Below are positions 46,312-55,424 of a stretch of DNA of 64,000 nucleotides, piece after piece. Both the position numbers and the translations under genes were made by a program. The notes under the pieces are model-generated. The model was not told the origin of the DNA. It made no database searches and saw nothing but the letters and a program-made list of their open reading frames with translations. Origin of the DNA: an uncultured Spirochaetota bacterium (GTDB taxonomy: Bacteria > Spirochaetota > Spirochaetia > SZUA-6 > Fen-1364); the NCBI GenBank assembly GCA_963745235.1, contig CAVUXE010000058.1, forward strand, positions 96,001-160,000. Reading direction: 5' to 3'. How positions within the stretch are numbered: position 1 is the first letter of the stretch; each line of letters opens with the position of its first letter.

Positions 46312-48849
46312 ATGGGACTGCTGACTTTCACGATCAAGCCGAACATTCCAAGCCGCCTGCTGCCCCTCGAAGAGCTCGCCAACAATCTCTGGATAAGCTG
46401 GAACTACGAGGCGATCATGCTTTTCATGCGCGTCGACTACGACGCCTGGGTGGCGTCGCGCATGAACCCCGTGCGGATGCTCGGCCTCGTGTCCCAGGCG
46501 CGGCTGGATGCCGCCGCAGCGGACGACTCCTTCCTTGCCGCCATGGACGCCGTGTACGCGAAGTTCCAGCGGTACAACTCCGCGGAGCGCTGGTACAAGG
46601 GCGCCGTGGATCGATCAGTCGCATATTTCTCCATGGAGTACGGACTGGATGTCTCGCTGCCCGTGTATTCCGGAGGATTGGGAATGCTCTCCGGGGATCA
46701 CCTGAAGTCTTCCTCCGATCTCGGGCTTCCCCTGGTGGGGGTGGGCCTCTTGTATCGCCAGGGGTACTTCCGACAGTACCTGAACGCTGACGGCTTTCAG
46801 CAGGAGTCGTATCCCGAGAACGACTGGTACAACATGCCCGTGACTCTCTGCCGCGACCGCGCGGGAGAGCCGCTCGCCATCACGGTGGAGATGGGAAAAG
46901 AGAAGGCCTCCGCGTGGATCTGGGAGGTGAAGGTCGGAAAGAACTCCTTGTACCTTCTGGATACGAACATAGAGGCCAACCCGGCGCACCTGCGCCTGGT
47001 CACGGCGTCTCTTTATGGAGGAGAACGAGAGACAAGGATCCAACAGGAGGTGCTCCTCGGAATCGGCGGCATCAGGGCGCTTCGCGCGCTGGGCATCAAC
47101 GCCTCCTGCATGCACATGAATGAAGGGCATTCCGCGTTCCTGGGCCTGGAAAGGATCCGCCTCCTGATGTCCGAAAAGAAGCTCACCTTCCACCAGGCGT
47201 GGGAGGCGGTGTGGGCGACGAACGTCTTCACAACGCATACCCCCGTGCCGGCAGGAAACGAGCGGTTTGCGCCATCGCTCATGGAGAAGTATTTCGGCTC
47301 CATGGCTGCCGATCTTGGTCTTCCCTGGAGGGATTTCCTGGGGCTTGGCCGCGAGGACCCCAACAACGACGGGGAGGAGTTCTGCCTCACGGTGCTGGCC
47401 ATGAAGCTCTCCGCGTACAACAACGGTGTGAGCAGGCTCCACGGAAGGGTCTCCCGGGCGATGTGGCGCAACATCTGGCCATCCCTGCCGCTTGACGAGG
47501 TGCCGATTACTCACATCACCAACGGCGTCCACCCTCGATCATGGATCACGCACGACATGGTGGATCTCCTGGATCGCTATTTCGGTCCGGAGTTCCTCCA
47601 CACTCCGACAAATCTGGACATCTGGGACCGCATCGAGAGGATTTCAGACGAAGAGCTGTGGCGGACGCACGAACGGCGAAGAGAGAGGATGGTCGCATTT
47701 GCCCGCGGAAGGCTCAAGGAACAGCTCACCAGGCGCGGTGTGAACAATTCTGAGCTCTCGCGCGGGGCCAACGCCCTTTCCCCCTATGCGTTGACCATCA
47801 GCTTTGCCCGAAGGTTCGCCACCTACAAGCGGGCGGATCTGCTGCTCGCGGATCCCGAGAGGCTCATTCGCCTGCTGTCGGACAACGAGCGGCCCCTCCA
47901 GCTCATCTTTGCCGGCAAGGCGCACCCCCATGACCTTGCGGGCAAGGAGATCATCAAGAAGATCATCCACTTTACCAGCGATCCGCGGGTGGCAAACCGG
48001 GTGGTCTTCCTCGAAGACTACGACATGACCACGTCCCGCTACCTCGTGTCGGGAAGCGATATCTGGCTGAACACGCCGCGCAGGCCCCTTGAAGCGAGCG
48101 GCACAAGCGGCATGAAGGCCGCAATGAACGGGGCGCTGAATGTCTCCATCCTGGACGGCTGGTGGGACGAGGCCTACTCCACGCGGATCGGCTGGGCAAT
48201 CGGCAGGGGAGAGGAATACGAGGACGAATCCCTCCAGGACGAGGTGGAGGGCAAGGCTCTCTATGACCTCCTGGAGCGTGAGATCATCCCGCTCTTCTAC
48301 GCGAGGGGGATGGACGGCCTTCCCCGCGAGTGGATCCACCGCATGAAGGAATCCATGCGGGAGGTCGGCAAGGGATTCAGCACGCACCGGATGCTGATGG
48401 AGTACACGCAGAGCTTCTACTCACCCGCTCTGGGGCGCGCGCAGGCGTTCGAGAAGGACACGTGCGGGCTGTGCCGGGAGATCGCCTCCTACCGGGAGAA
48501 GCTCGCGCGGAACTGGGATGAGCTTCGCATCGAGGAGCTCACGTCGCCTTCAGCGTCCATCCTCAAAGTGGGAGACAAGATCTCCGTCACCGCCCGTGTG
48601 CACCTTGCGGGAATGGCCCCGGAAGAGGTCGGCATCGAGCTGTACTACGGCAACCTCTCCTCGGAACGGGAGATCGAAGAGCCGCGGCGGCTCCCCATGA
48701 AGCACTGCGGAGGGGACAAGAATGCAGCCCTTTTCTGCGCGGAGCTCGTCTGCGACAGGACCGGCCGCCAGGGGTATACCGTCAGGGTCCTGCCGTCCCA
48801 CGCAGCCCTGGTCCATCCCTTCCTCCCCGGCCTCGTGAAGTGGGGGTAG
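46312..48849 (+). CDS. glgP: alpha-glucan (glycogen) phosphorylase
   Basis: YFSMEYG, YSGGLG.LSGDHLKS, HMNEGH, ARRFATYKR, EASGTSGMK. Confidence 0.96.
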   Translation: MGLLTFTIKPNIPSRLLPLEELANNLWISWNYEAIMLFMRVDYDAWVASRMNPVRMLGLVSQARLDAAAADDSFLAAMDAVYAKFQRYNSAERWYKGAVDRSVAYFSMEYGLDVSLPVYSGGLGMLSGDHLKSSSDLGLPLVGVGLLYRQGYFRQYLNADGFQQESYPENDWYNMPVTLCRDRAGEPLAITVEMGKEKASAWIWEVKVGKNSLYLLDTNIEANPAHLRLVTASLYGGERETRIQQEVLLGIGGIRALRALGINASCMHMNEGHSAFLGLERIRLLMSEKKLTFHQAWEAVWATNVFTTHTPVPAGNERFAPSLMEKYFGSMAADLGLPWRDFLGLGREDPNNDGEEFCLTVLAMKLSAYNNGVSRLHGRVSRAMWRNIWPSLPLDEVPITHITNGVHPRSWITHDMVDLLDRYFGPEFLHTPTNLDIWDRIERISDEELWRTHERRRERMVAFARGRLKEQLTRRGVNNSELSRGANALSPYALTISFARRFATYKRADLLLADPERLIRLLSDNERPLQLIFAGKAHPHDLAGKEIIKKIIHFTSDPRVANRVVFLEDYDMTTSRYLVSGSDIWLNTPRRPLEASGTSGMKAAMNGALNVSILDGWWDEAYSTRIGWAIGRGEEYEDESLQDEVEGKALYDLLEREIIPLFYARGMDGLPREWIHRMKESMREVGKGFSTHRMLMEYTQSFYSPALGRAQAFEKDTCGLCREIASYREKLARNWDELRIEELTSPSASILKVGDKISVTARVHLAGMAPEEVGIELYYGNLSSEREIEEPRRLPMKHCGGDKNAALFCAELVCDRTGRQGYTVRVLPSHAALVHPFLPGLVKWG

Positions 48850-48859
48850 GGCGGCGCGG

Positions 48860-49570
48860 TCATCCGAAGACGTGCAGCCCGGCCAGCCAGCCCTCGCCCA
48901 CCACGAAAAGGACAATCAGGAGCAGGGCGGGAAGGAAGTTTGCCGTTTTCAGCCTGGCCAGACCGAGCAGGTTGATGCCGATCATGACAACGAGCGCTCC
49001 TCCCACCCCCGTGAGCTCTTTCAAAAGGCCTTCGCTTACCAGCGGGGCGAGCCAGACCGCCGCAATGGTCAGGATCCCCTGGTAGACGAGGACTGACAGC
49101 GCGGAGAATCCGACGCCGATCCCCATTGCCGCTGTCAGCACGATTGCCATGAAGCCATCCATGACGGACTTGGTGTAGATCAGCTCGTAGTTCCCCTCCG
49201 CCCCCGCCTTGAAGGACCCGACGAGCGCCATGGCGCCGACACAGAAGAGCACGGAAGCGTTGAGAAAGCCATAACCGAACTCTGACCCGTTGTCGGACTT
49301 CACGAACGTGCTCTTCAATTTCTCCCCGAGGGCCAGGATGCCTCCCTCGATCCGCCACCATTCGCCGAGGATTCCCCCGATGATGAGAGAGAGCGCCAGG
49401 TAGACGATCTTCTGGCCGGTGAGCGCCATCTTGATGCCGATGATGAGCGAGGTGATCCCTGCTCCTATCTGGACAATGGTCTTGAAGGAATCCCTGATGC
49501 GCGATCGCAGGAGCAGTCCGAGCAGGGAACCAACGAGCACGGCGCAGGCGTTGACGACGGTTGCTATCAT
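48860..49570 (-). CDS. DUF554-family membrane protein
   Basis: ASVLFCVGAMALVGS, KSVMDG, ANFLPAL, multiple TM segments. Confidence 0.85.
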   Translation of the reverse strand: MIATVVNACAVLVGSLLGLLLRSRIRDSFKTIVQIGAGITSLIIGIKMALTGQKIVYLALSLIIGGILGEWWRIEGGILALGEKLKSTFVKSDNGSEFGYGFLNASVLFCVGAMALVGSFKAGAEGNYELIYTKSVMDGFMAIVLTAAMGIGVGFSALSVLVYQGILTIAAVWLAPLVSEGLLKELTGVGGALVVMIGINLLGLARLKTANFLPALLLIVLFVVGEGWLAGLHVFG

Positions 49571-49677
49571 GAGGTTCAGGCGCACTGTAATGGTTTTCCT
49601 GATGCCTGGGAATACCGCGCACAAAAAAAGCCTGGACTTGCCCTTGGGGGGAAAAAGCTTCTATTCTCGTGCCTGCC

Positions 49678-50212
49678 ATGAGACGAATGCGCTCGACAGC
49701 CGCGTCAATGTTCTTCCTCGGGATTCTATCGGTGATCTCCGCGTCCCCGCAGAGCTCCGCTCTGGGCTCGAGCGGAGTCACCGCCCCGGCGGGAGGAGGA
49801 GCCGGCGCGGAAGCGCCCCCGGCCGGGGATTTCGACCCGACGCAGCTCATCGGCCTGGACCTGAAAGCAGCCCTGGACTCATTCGGGTGCGCCCCAGGAG
49901 GTATTCTCCTTCCGCGGCCAGGACGATACCGAGGACAACGTCGTGTTCTTCTATTCGGACTACCTGTACCTGTTCTGGTATCGCAACCGGGTCTGGCAGG
50001 TGAGATGCGACCACAGGTTCGCGCGGCCCTTGTTCGGGCTGGCAATGGGCATGCCCCGGGAGGTGATCGAACGCACGTCTGCGCATCCGCTCATCCCCCG
50101 GGGGGATTCACTGTACTTTGACCTTGACGACTCGAAATATCCGCTGCGGGTGCGCCTCGTATTCGCCAATAATGAGCTGGCGGACATGTACGTGTACAGG
50201 AGCGATTTCTGA
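49678..50212 (+). CDS. secreted hypothetical protein (frameshift near 49890)
   Basis: Signal-like N-terminus. Second frame gives DNVVFFYSDYLYLFWYRNRVWQVR...YVYRSDF. Confidence 0.65.
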
Positions 50213-51717
50213 AGCTGCCATCCGGTATCTGCCTCTGCCTGACCGGCGCCACCCTTGAAGACGACCTGGCGAGCGTCGCACGGTACCGAAAGCACATCGA
50301 CCTGCTCGAGCTCCGGGCCGACTTCCTGCGGCCGGAGGAGGCGGCCCGCGCGGGGGCGCTCCTCCGAAACGTCGACCTCCCCGTCATACTCACCGTTCGA
50401 CGGCTCCAGGACGGGGGGACGTTCACGGGTGATGAACGGGACCGCATCCAGCTGATTTCGCGGATCGGGTCCGCGGGTTTTGCCTTTCTGGATCTCGAGG
50501 AAGACGTGGAGGCTCCGGGCCTGGAAAAGCAGGTCCATGAAGCGGGAACCGGCATCATCCGATCTTTCCACGACAGAAACGGCGTCCCGCGCGACCTCAC
50601 GCAAAGAATGGCGGCCCTGGCTCGTGGCGCGCAGGAGATTCCAAAGGCGGCCGTGACCCCGCGCGGCGCTCGCGACCTGCTTCGACTCCTGGAGGCATTC
50701 GAGGAGCTGGGGCCCACGCCCAAGATCCTTCTCGGGATGGGCCCATACGGTTTTCCCACCCGCGTGCTTGCTCCGAAGCTGGGGTCCCTGTTCTGCTATT
50801 CTTCCCCGCCCGACGAGGCAGCGGCGCCCGGGCATATCGACCCCCTGACTCTCGATGAGATATTCCGCTACCACCTCATCGGAAAGTCCACGGAAGTATT
50901 CGGCGTTATCGGCAATCCTGTGATGCACTCTCTTTCGCCCCGAATCCACAACGCGGGCTTCGCCGCCGTCGGGCGCGACGCCGTTTATCTTCCTTTCCTG
51001 GTGGATGACCTGGCGGCCTTCCTGGAGGTCGCGGACAGGCTCGGAATCCGCGGCGTCTCAGTTACAATTCCGCACAAGGAGGGCGTCATTTCGGCCCTCG
51101 AGCGCCGGGACCAGTCCGTCAGGGCCATGGGAGCATGCAACACCGCGCGCCGGGGAGCCGACGGAAAGTGGGAGGGGACAAACACCGACGCCGCCGGGTT
51201 TCTTGCCCCTCTCCGTGAGGCATTCGGGGGCAGACTCCCCCAAGGCCTGGGCGCCACGGTGATTGGAGCCGGAGGCGGCTCTCGCGCAGTTGTTCACGCC
51301 CTTGTGACGAACGGGGCGCGCGTCCTGGTCCTGAACCGGACCGTCGAACGGGCACAGCAGCTTGCGCGTGAGCTCGGGGTCACGGCGGCGCCCCTCGACC
51401 AGACGGGCATCAGGGAGATGGGCGGTTTCAACGACCTGATCGTCCAGGCCACGAGAGTCGGAATGTCGCCAGAGGCCGGGGAGGATCCGCTTCCCGGCTA
51501 CACGTTCACGGGCAGAGAGACGGTGTACGACCTCGTGTATGTGCCTGAGACAACCGCATTCCTGAGCCGGGCCCTGGGGGCAGGGTGCAGGGTCATTCGA
51601 GGAGGCCAGATGCTCCTCGCCCAGGCCTGCGAGCAGTTTCGCTTTTTCACCGGCCAGGATTTCCCGGAAGATGCGAAGCGTGAGCTCTTGAGAATTTTTT
51701 CACGATATCCTGCTTGA
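50209..51717 (+). CDS. aroDE: bifunctional type I 3-dehydroquinate dehydratase / shikimate dehydrogenase
   Basis: In frame upstream of ORF 50506: ICLCLTG...DLLELRADFL, SFHD, IPKAA. Then GNPVMHSLSP, SVTIPHK, NTD, GAGG. Confidence 0.9.
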   Translation: MKLPSGICLCLTGATLEDDLASVARYRKHIDLLELRADFLRPEEAARAGALLRNVDLPVILTVRRLQDGGTFTGDERDRIQLISRIGSAGFAFLDLEEDVEAPGLEKQVHEAGTGIIRSFHDRNGVPRDLTQRMAALARGAQEIPKAAVTPRGARDLLRLLEAFEELGPTPKILLGMGPYGFPTRVLAPKLGSLFCYSSPPDEAAAPGHIDPLTLDEIFRYHLIGKSTEVFGVIGNPVMHSLSPRIHNAGFAAVGRDAVYLPFLVDDLAAFLEVADRLGIRGVSVTIPHKEGVISALERRDQSVRAMGACNTARRGADGKWEGTNTDAAGFLAPLREAFGGRLPQGLGATVIGAGGGSRAVVHALVTNGARVLVLNRTVERAQQLARELGVTAAPLDQTGIREMGGFNDLIVQATRVGMSPEAGEDPLPGYTFTGRETVYDLVYVPETTAFLSRALGAGCRVIRGGQMLLAQACEQFRFFTGQDFPEDAKRELLRIFSRYPA

Positions 51718-51776
51718 CTCTTTTTTCATTCTCCGTATTATTATGCAAACTTTTACCCTTGAGAAAGAGGTACTGA

Positions 51777-52853
51777 ATGCCGCACAAGAAGCTGTTCATC
51801 CCCGGACCCACCGAGGTGCACCCGGAAATCCTTTCGGCGATGGCGACTCCCATGATCGGGCACCGCAGCTCTGACTACACCGAGCTGCAGAAGCGCGTCA
51901 CGGAAAAGGTCCAGAAGCTGGCATTCACCGTGAATCCCGTCCTCTTCTCCGCTTCGTCGGGAAGCGGGCTCATGGAAGGGGCCATCCGCTGCTGCACGGC
52001 GCGGCGCGCCATCGTGTTCTCCGTGGGGACCTTCGGCAACCGGTGGTTCGAGATTGCCCAGGGCAACGGCGTCCCTGCGGACAAGCACGAGGTGGAGTGG
52101 GGGAAAGGCCTGACCGCGGAGATGGTCGACGAGCACCTGTCCACGGGCAAGTACGACTGCGCCACCCTCACGCACAGCGAGACATCCACCGGCGTGATGA
52201 ACCACCTGGACGAGCTTGCCCCCGTGTTCCGCAAGTACCCTGACGTCGTGTGGTGCATCGACGCCGTCTCGTCCTTCGGCGGCGTCAAGATAGACGTGGA
52301 CGCGCTGGGCATCGACATCATGGTGACCTCCAGCCAGAAGTGCCTGGGCCTCCCTCCCGGCCTGTGCCTGGCCACCCTCTCCCCCAAGGCGGAGAAGCGC
52401 GCGCAGGCGGTGAAGAACCGCGGCTACTATTTCGACCTGCTGCAGCTCCTGCAGTTCATCCGGGAGAAGAACTTCCAGTACCCCTCCACAATGAGCATCT
52501 CCCACATGTTCGCGCTGGACGGCAGATGGACAGGATCGCGAAGGAGGGATTCGAGGCCCGGTTCAAGCGACACGAGAAGATGGCAGGCGCGGTGCAGGAG
52601 TGGGCCCGGAAGAACTTCGCGCTGTTCCCGGTTGAGAAGTACGCGTCGCACGACCGTGACCTGCATCAAGAACACGCGCGGCATCTCCGTGGCGGACCTG
52701 AACAAGGAGCTGGGCAAGCGGAACCTCGCCCTTTCCAACGGCTACGGCAAGCTCAAGGAGCAGACCTTCCGCATCGCGCACATGGGAGACCTGCAGATGA
52801 GCGACATCGACGAGCTGCTCGGGGCCATCGAGGACATCCTGAAGCTGAAATAG
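51777..52853 (+). CDS. class V PLP aminotransferase (serine-pyruvate/alanine-glyoxylate-like; compensating frameshifts about 52520-52650)
   Basis: FIPGPT, HSETSTGV, IDAVSS, SSQKCLGLPPG, FRIAHMG. Confidence 0.92.
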   Translation: MPHKKLFIPGPTEVHPEILSAMATPMIGHRSSDYTELQKRVTEKVQKLAFTVNPVLFSASSGSGLMEGAIRCCTARRAIVFSVGTFGNRWFEIAQGNGVPADKHEVEWGKGLTAEMVDEHLSTGKYDCATLTHSETSTGVMNHLDELAPVFRKYPDVVWCIDAVSSFGGVKIDVDALGIDIMVTSSQKCLGLPPGLCLATLSPKAEKRAQAVKNRGYYFDLLQLLQFIREKNFQYPSTMSISHMFALDGRWTGSRRRDSRPGSSDTRRWQARCRSGPGRTSRCSRLRSTRRTTVTCIKNTRGISVADLNKELGKRNLALSNGYGKLKEQTFRIAHMGDLQMSDIDELLGAIEDILKLK

Positions 52854-52885
52854 CGGGCTGCGGATACGCAGAACAGCCGTTCGTA

Positions 52886-52914
52886 TTGCAAAGCGGTATC
52901 GCGGCGACTATACT
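52886..52914 (+). promoter_or_regulatory. candidate sigma70 promoter (probably leaderless)
   Basis: TTGCAA-17 nt-TATACT, 8 nt before ATG 52923. Confidence 0.55.
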
Positions 52915-52922
52915 TGAGCGCC

Positions 52923-53171
52923 ATGGAGGAGCAGAAATCCTGCCTTTTTTGCGGGAAAATCGTGGACAAGACCTACCAGTACTGTCCCCACTGCGGCTAC
53001 GAGTTCGGGCAGGGAGAAGAGCTGTCAGCGCTCCTGGATGAAACCATGGGGGACTCGTCCGGGGATGGAGAAGAGGACTATCTGCTGCGCCTCCGCACGC
53101 TCCAGGAGCTCCTCTCCGACATGGAGAGGGAGCTCGACCTCATCATCAGGACCTCTTCAAAAGATCCTTGA
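52923..53171 (+). CDS. small zinc-ribbon protein with C-terminal coiled coil
   Basis: CLFCG...YCPHCG, then LRLRTLQELLSDMERELD. Confidence 0.7.
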   Translation: MEEQKSCLFCGKIVDKTYQYCPHCGYEFGQGEELSALLDETMGDSSGDGEEDYLLRLRTLQELLSDMERELDLIIRTSSKDP

Positions 53172-54378
53172 TCACGCTGCGGTCATCCAGCAGCGAGCTG
53201 AGGCTTCTGTTGATAGTGCAGCCGGTAGATGATCCGCGCAAAGAGGTTCGTGATGTCCGCGCTGAGGTACCATTCCCTCCCCAGGAGCGAGTCGTCGTGG
53301 TACACGGCGTTGGTTCCGATGATGCGGGAGAACAAGCCCTTCGTGGTACGCCTTCTGGAAGGTGTCCACGGTCCCGGGCGCTGAAGAACGGCAGGCTCAC
53401 CGCGCAGATGATTTTCTCGCGCTCCGGCCTCCTTGAGCACGCGCATGGCCTTGATGAGCGTCCCTCCGGTGCCCAGCATGTCGTCGCTCAGGAACACGGT
53501 CTTGCCCGCCACCGAGCCCAGCAGCCTCATGTCGGTGATGTTGCCGTTCTCCGCGCTCTGCGCCACGCGGGAGTAGTCCCGCTCCTTGTACAGCATGCCC
53601 AGGGGCTTGCCGAGGATGGAAGCGTAGAACTTGCTCCTGTCCACGGCGCCCGTGTCCGGGGCCACGACGACGAGGCTCTCGTCCTTCAGGTCCGTCACGG
53701 TGGCCAGCATCTTCAGGATCTGGTACGCGCCGTGGAGGTTCTCCAGGCGGAGGTGGTTGAAGCAGTTCTCGATCTCCTTGGAGTGGATGTCCAGCGTGAT
53801 GATGCGCGCCACGCCGAAGGACTCCAGCATCTGTCCCACCCGGGCCGCGGAGAGGCTCTCCCTCCCCTTCTTCTTGTGCTGGCGGGAGTAGGGGAACGTG
53901 GGAAGGATGACCGTCACCTGCGGGCCCCCGCCTGGAGCGCGGCGTCCACCGTCACCAGGAGGCAGAAGAGGTGGTCGTTCACGGAGAGCACGTGCGGCTC
54001 ATCTGATTTCTGGAACTGCAGGGGGTAGCGGTTGGCGACATCCTGCACGATGTAGATCTCGGTGTTGCGCACCGAGGTGAGGATCTCCGTCTTGAACTCG
54101 CCGTTGGGAAATCGCGTGTACTTGGCCGGCACGAGGTACGTGTTCGTTCGCTGCTGGTCGATAGGCTCGTCTCGCTCACCCGCCGTCGGGAGGATGTCCG
54201 CGGCCAGGTTCATCTGGCGGATGATGTCTGGCCGCGGCACGTTGTAGGACTTGCTGAGGATCCGCACGCGCTCCTCGAGCTTGTCCCGCGTGATCGACTC
54301 AAGGTGGTCGAAGATCTTCTGGGCAAAGGCCATGCCCCCCGGGCAGGGCAGGATGCCGATCTGCGCGAGGTCAGCCAT
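53146..54378 (-). CDS. prs: ribose-phosphate pyrophosphokinase, long form (multiple frameshifts)
   Basis: FPNGEFK, PYSRQHKKKGRE, TLDIHS, APDTGAVDR, DDMLGTGGT. Confidence 0.9.
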
Positions 54379-55306
54379 GGGCAGCGGAGAAGAAAGCGAT
54401 TGTCTTTGCCAGGCCCACCTCCAGGTCACACCCGGGTTTCCACCCCAGGACGGCCGCGGCCTTCGCGTTGTCCAGGCAGCTCTTGCGCAGGTCCCCTGGC
54501 CGCGGACCGGCCCGCGTATACTTCAGCTCCTTGCCCATGATCGAGCTGATGGAGGCAAGCAGCTCCCGTGTCTTGACGGGCCGGCCGCTCGCGATGTTGA
54601 TGGCGTCTCCCTCGCCCTTGTCCAGGGCCAGGACGTTTGCTTTCGCGACATCCTCCACGAACACGTAGTCACGGGACATCCCTTCGGGGTCGTCGGGATA
54701 CGCGTTGATGGTCGGAATTTCGCCTTTCAGCATCTTGTTGATGAATATCGCGACCACTCCCGCCTCTCCGGCCGGGTTCTGACGCGGGCCGTACACATTG
54801 GAATAGCGCAACGCCGTCCAGGGAAGGCGATGCTGGTGCCCGTAGAAGCGAAGGTAGTTCTCCCCCAGGAGCTTGTGAATGGCGTACGGCGACTCGGGGG
54901 CCGGGGGATGATTCTCCGGAATGCGGTCCAGGTCGGACTCACCGTAGATTGCGCCGCCCGAAGAGATGAAGATGAACTTTTTCAGCCGCGCTTTTCTGCT
55001 GTTTTCCAGCACGTTGAGCAGGCCCAGCCCGTTGATCCGCGCGTCAAGGACGGGATCACGGGAGGAAACGGTGACGCTCATCTGGGCGGCGTGGTGGCTC
55101 ACGACGTCTGGCTTCTCGACCTGAAAAACCTTCTCCAGCAGGGGCGAAGCGATATCCATCAGGTAGAAAGGAACCCCTTTCGGCAGGTTTGCTGCATTCC
55201 CCGTTGAAAAATCATCCACAATTGCAACTGAATGGCCCGCTTTCAGGTACGCGTCCGCCGCGTGCGAGCCAATGAACCCCGCCCCCCCCGTTATCAGGAT
55301 TTTCAT
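54371..55306 (-). CDS. NAD-dependent epimerase/dehydratase (UDP-glucose 4-epimerase-like)
   Basis: TGGAGFIGSH, SSGGAIYG, YAIHK, RYSNVYGPRQ, RDYVFVEDV. Confidence 0.93.
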   Translation of the reverse strand: MKILITGGAGFIGSHAADAYLKAGHSVAIVDDFSTGNAANLPKGVPFYLMDIASPLLEKVFQVEKPDVVSHHAAQMSVTVSSRDPVLDARINGLGLLNVLENSRKARLKKFIFISSGGAIYGESDLDRIPENHPPAPESPYAIHKLLGENYLRFYGHQHRLPWTALRYSNVYGPRQNPAGEAGVVAIFINKMLKGEIPTINAYPDDPEGMSRDYVFVEDVAKANVLALDKGEGDAINIASGRPVKTRELLASISSIMGKELKYTRAGPRPGDLRKSCLDNAKAAAVLGWKPGCDLEVGLAKTIAFFSAAHG

Positions 55307-55313
55307 GATTGCG

Positions 55314-55343
55314 ACTGTAGCACCGTCTCCGAAAGGGGGTCAA
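55314..55343 (-). promoter_or_regulatory. candidate sigma70 promoter (probably leaderless)
   Basis: TTGACC-18 nt-TACAGT, 7 nt before ATG 55306. Confidence 0.5.
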
Positions 55344-55424
55344 GGAGACCCGCAGGAACGGCGCTTTTTGCTGAAGCTTTCAACCGCCGACTGCCGAAGA
55401 TTGTAGAAGGGAAAAGAAGAGGGA

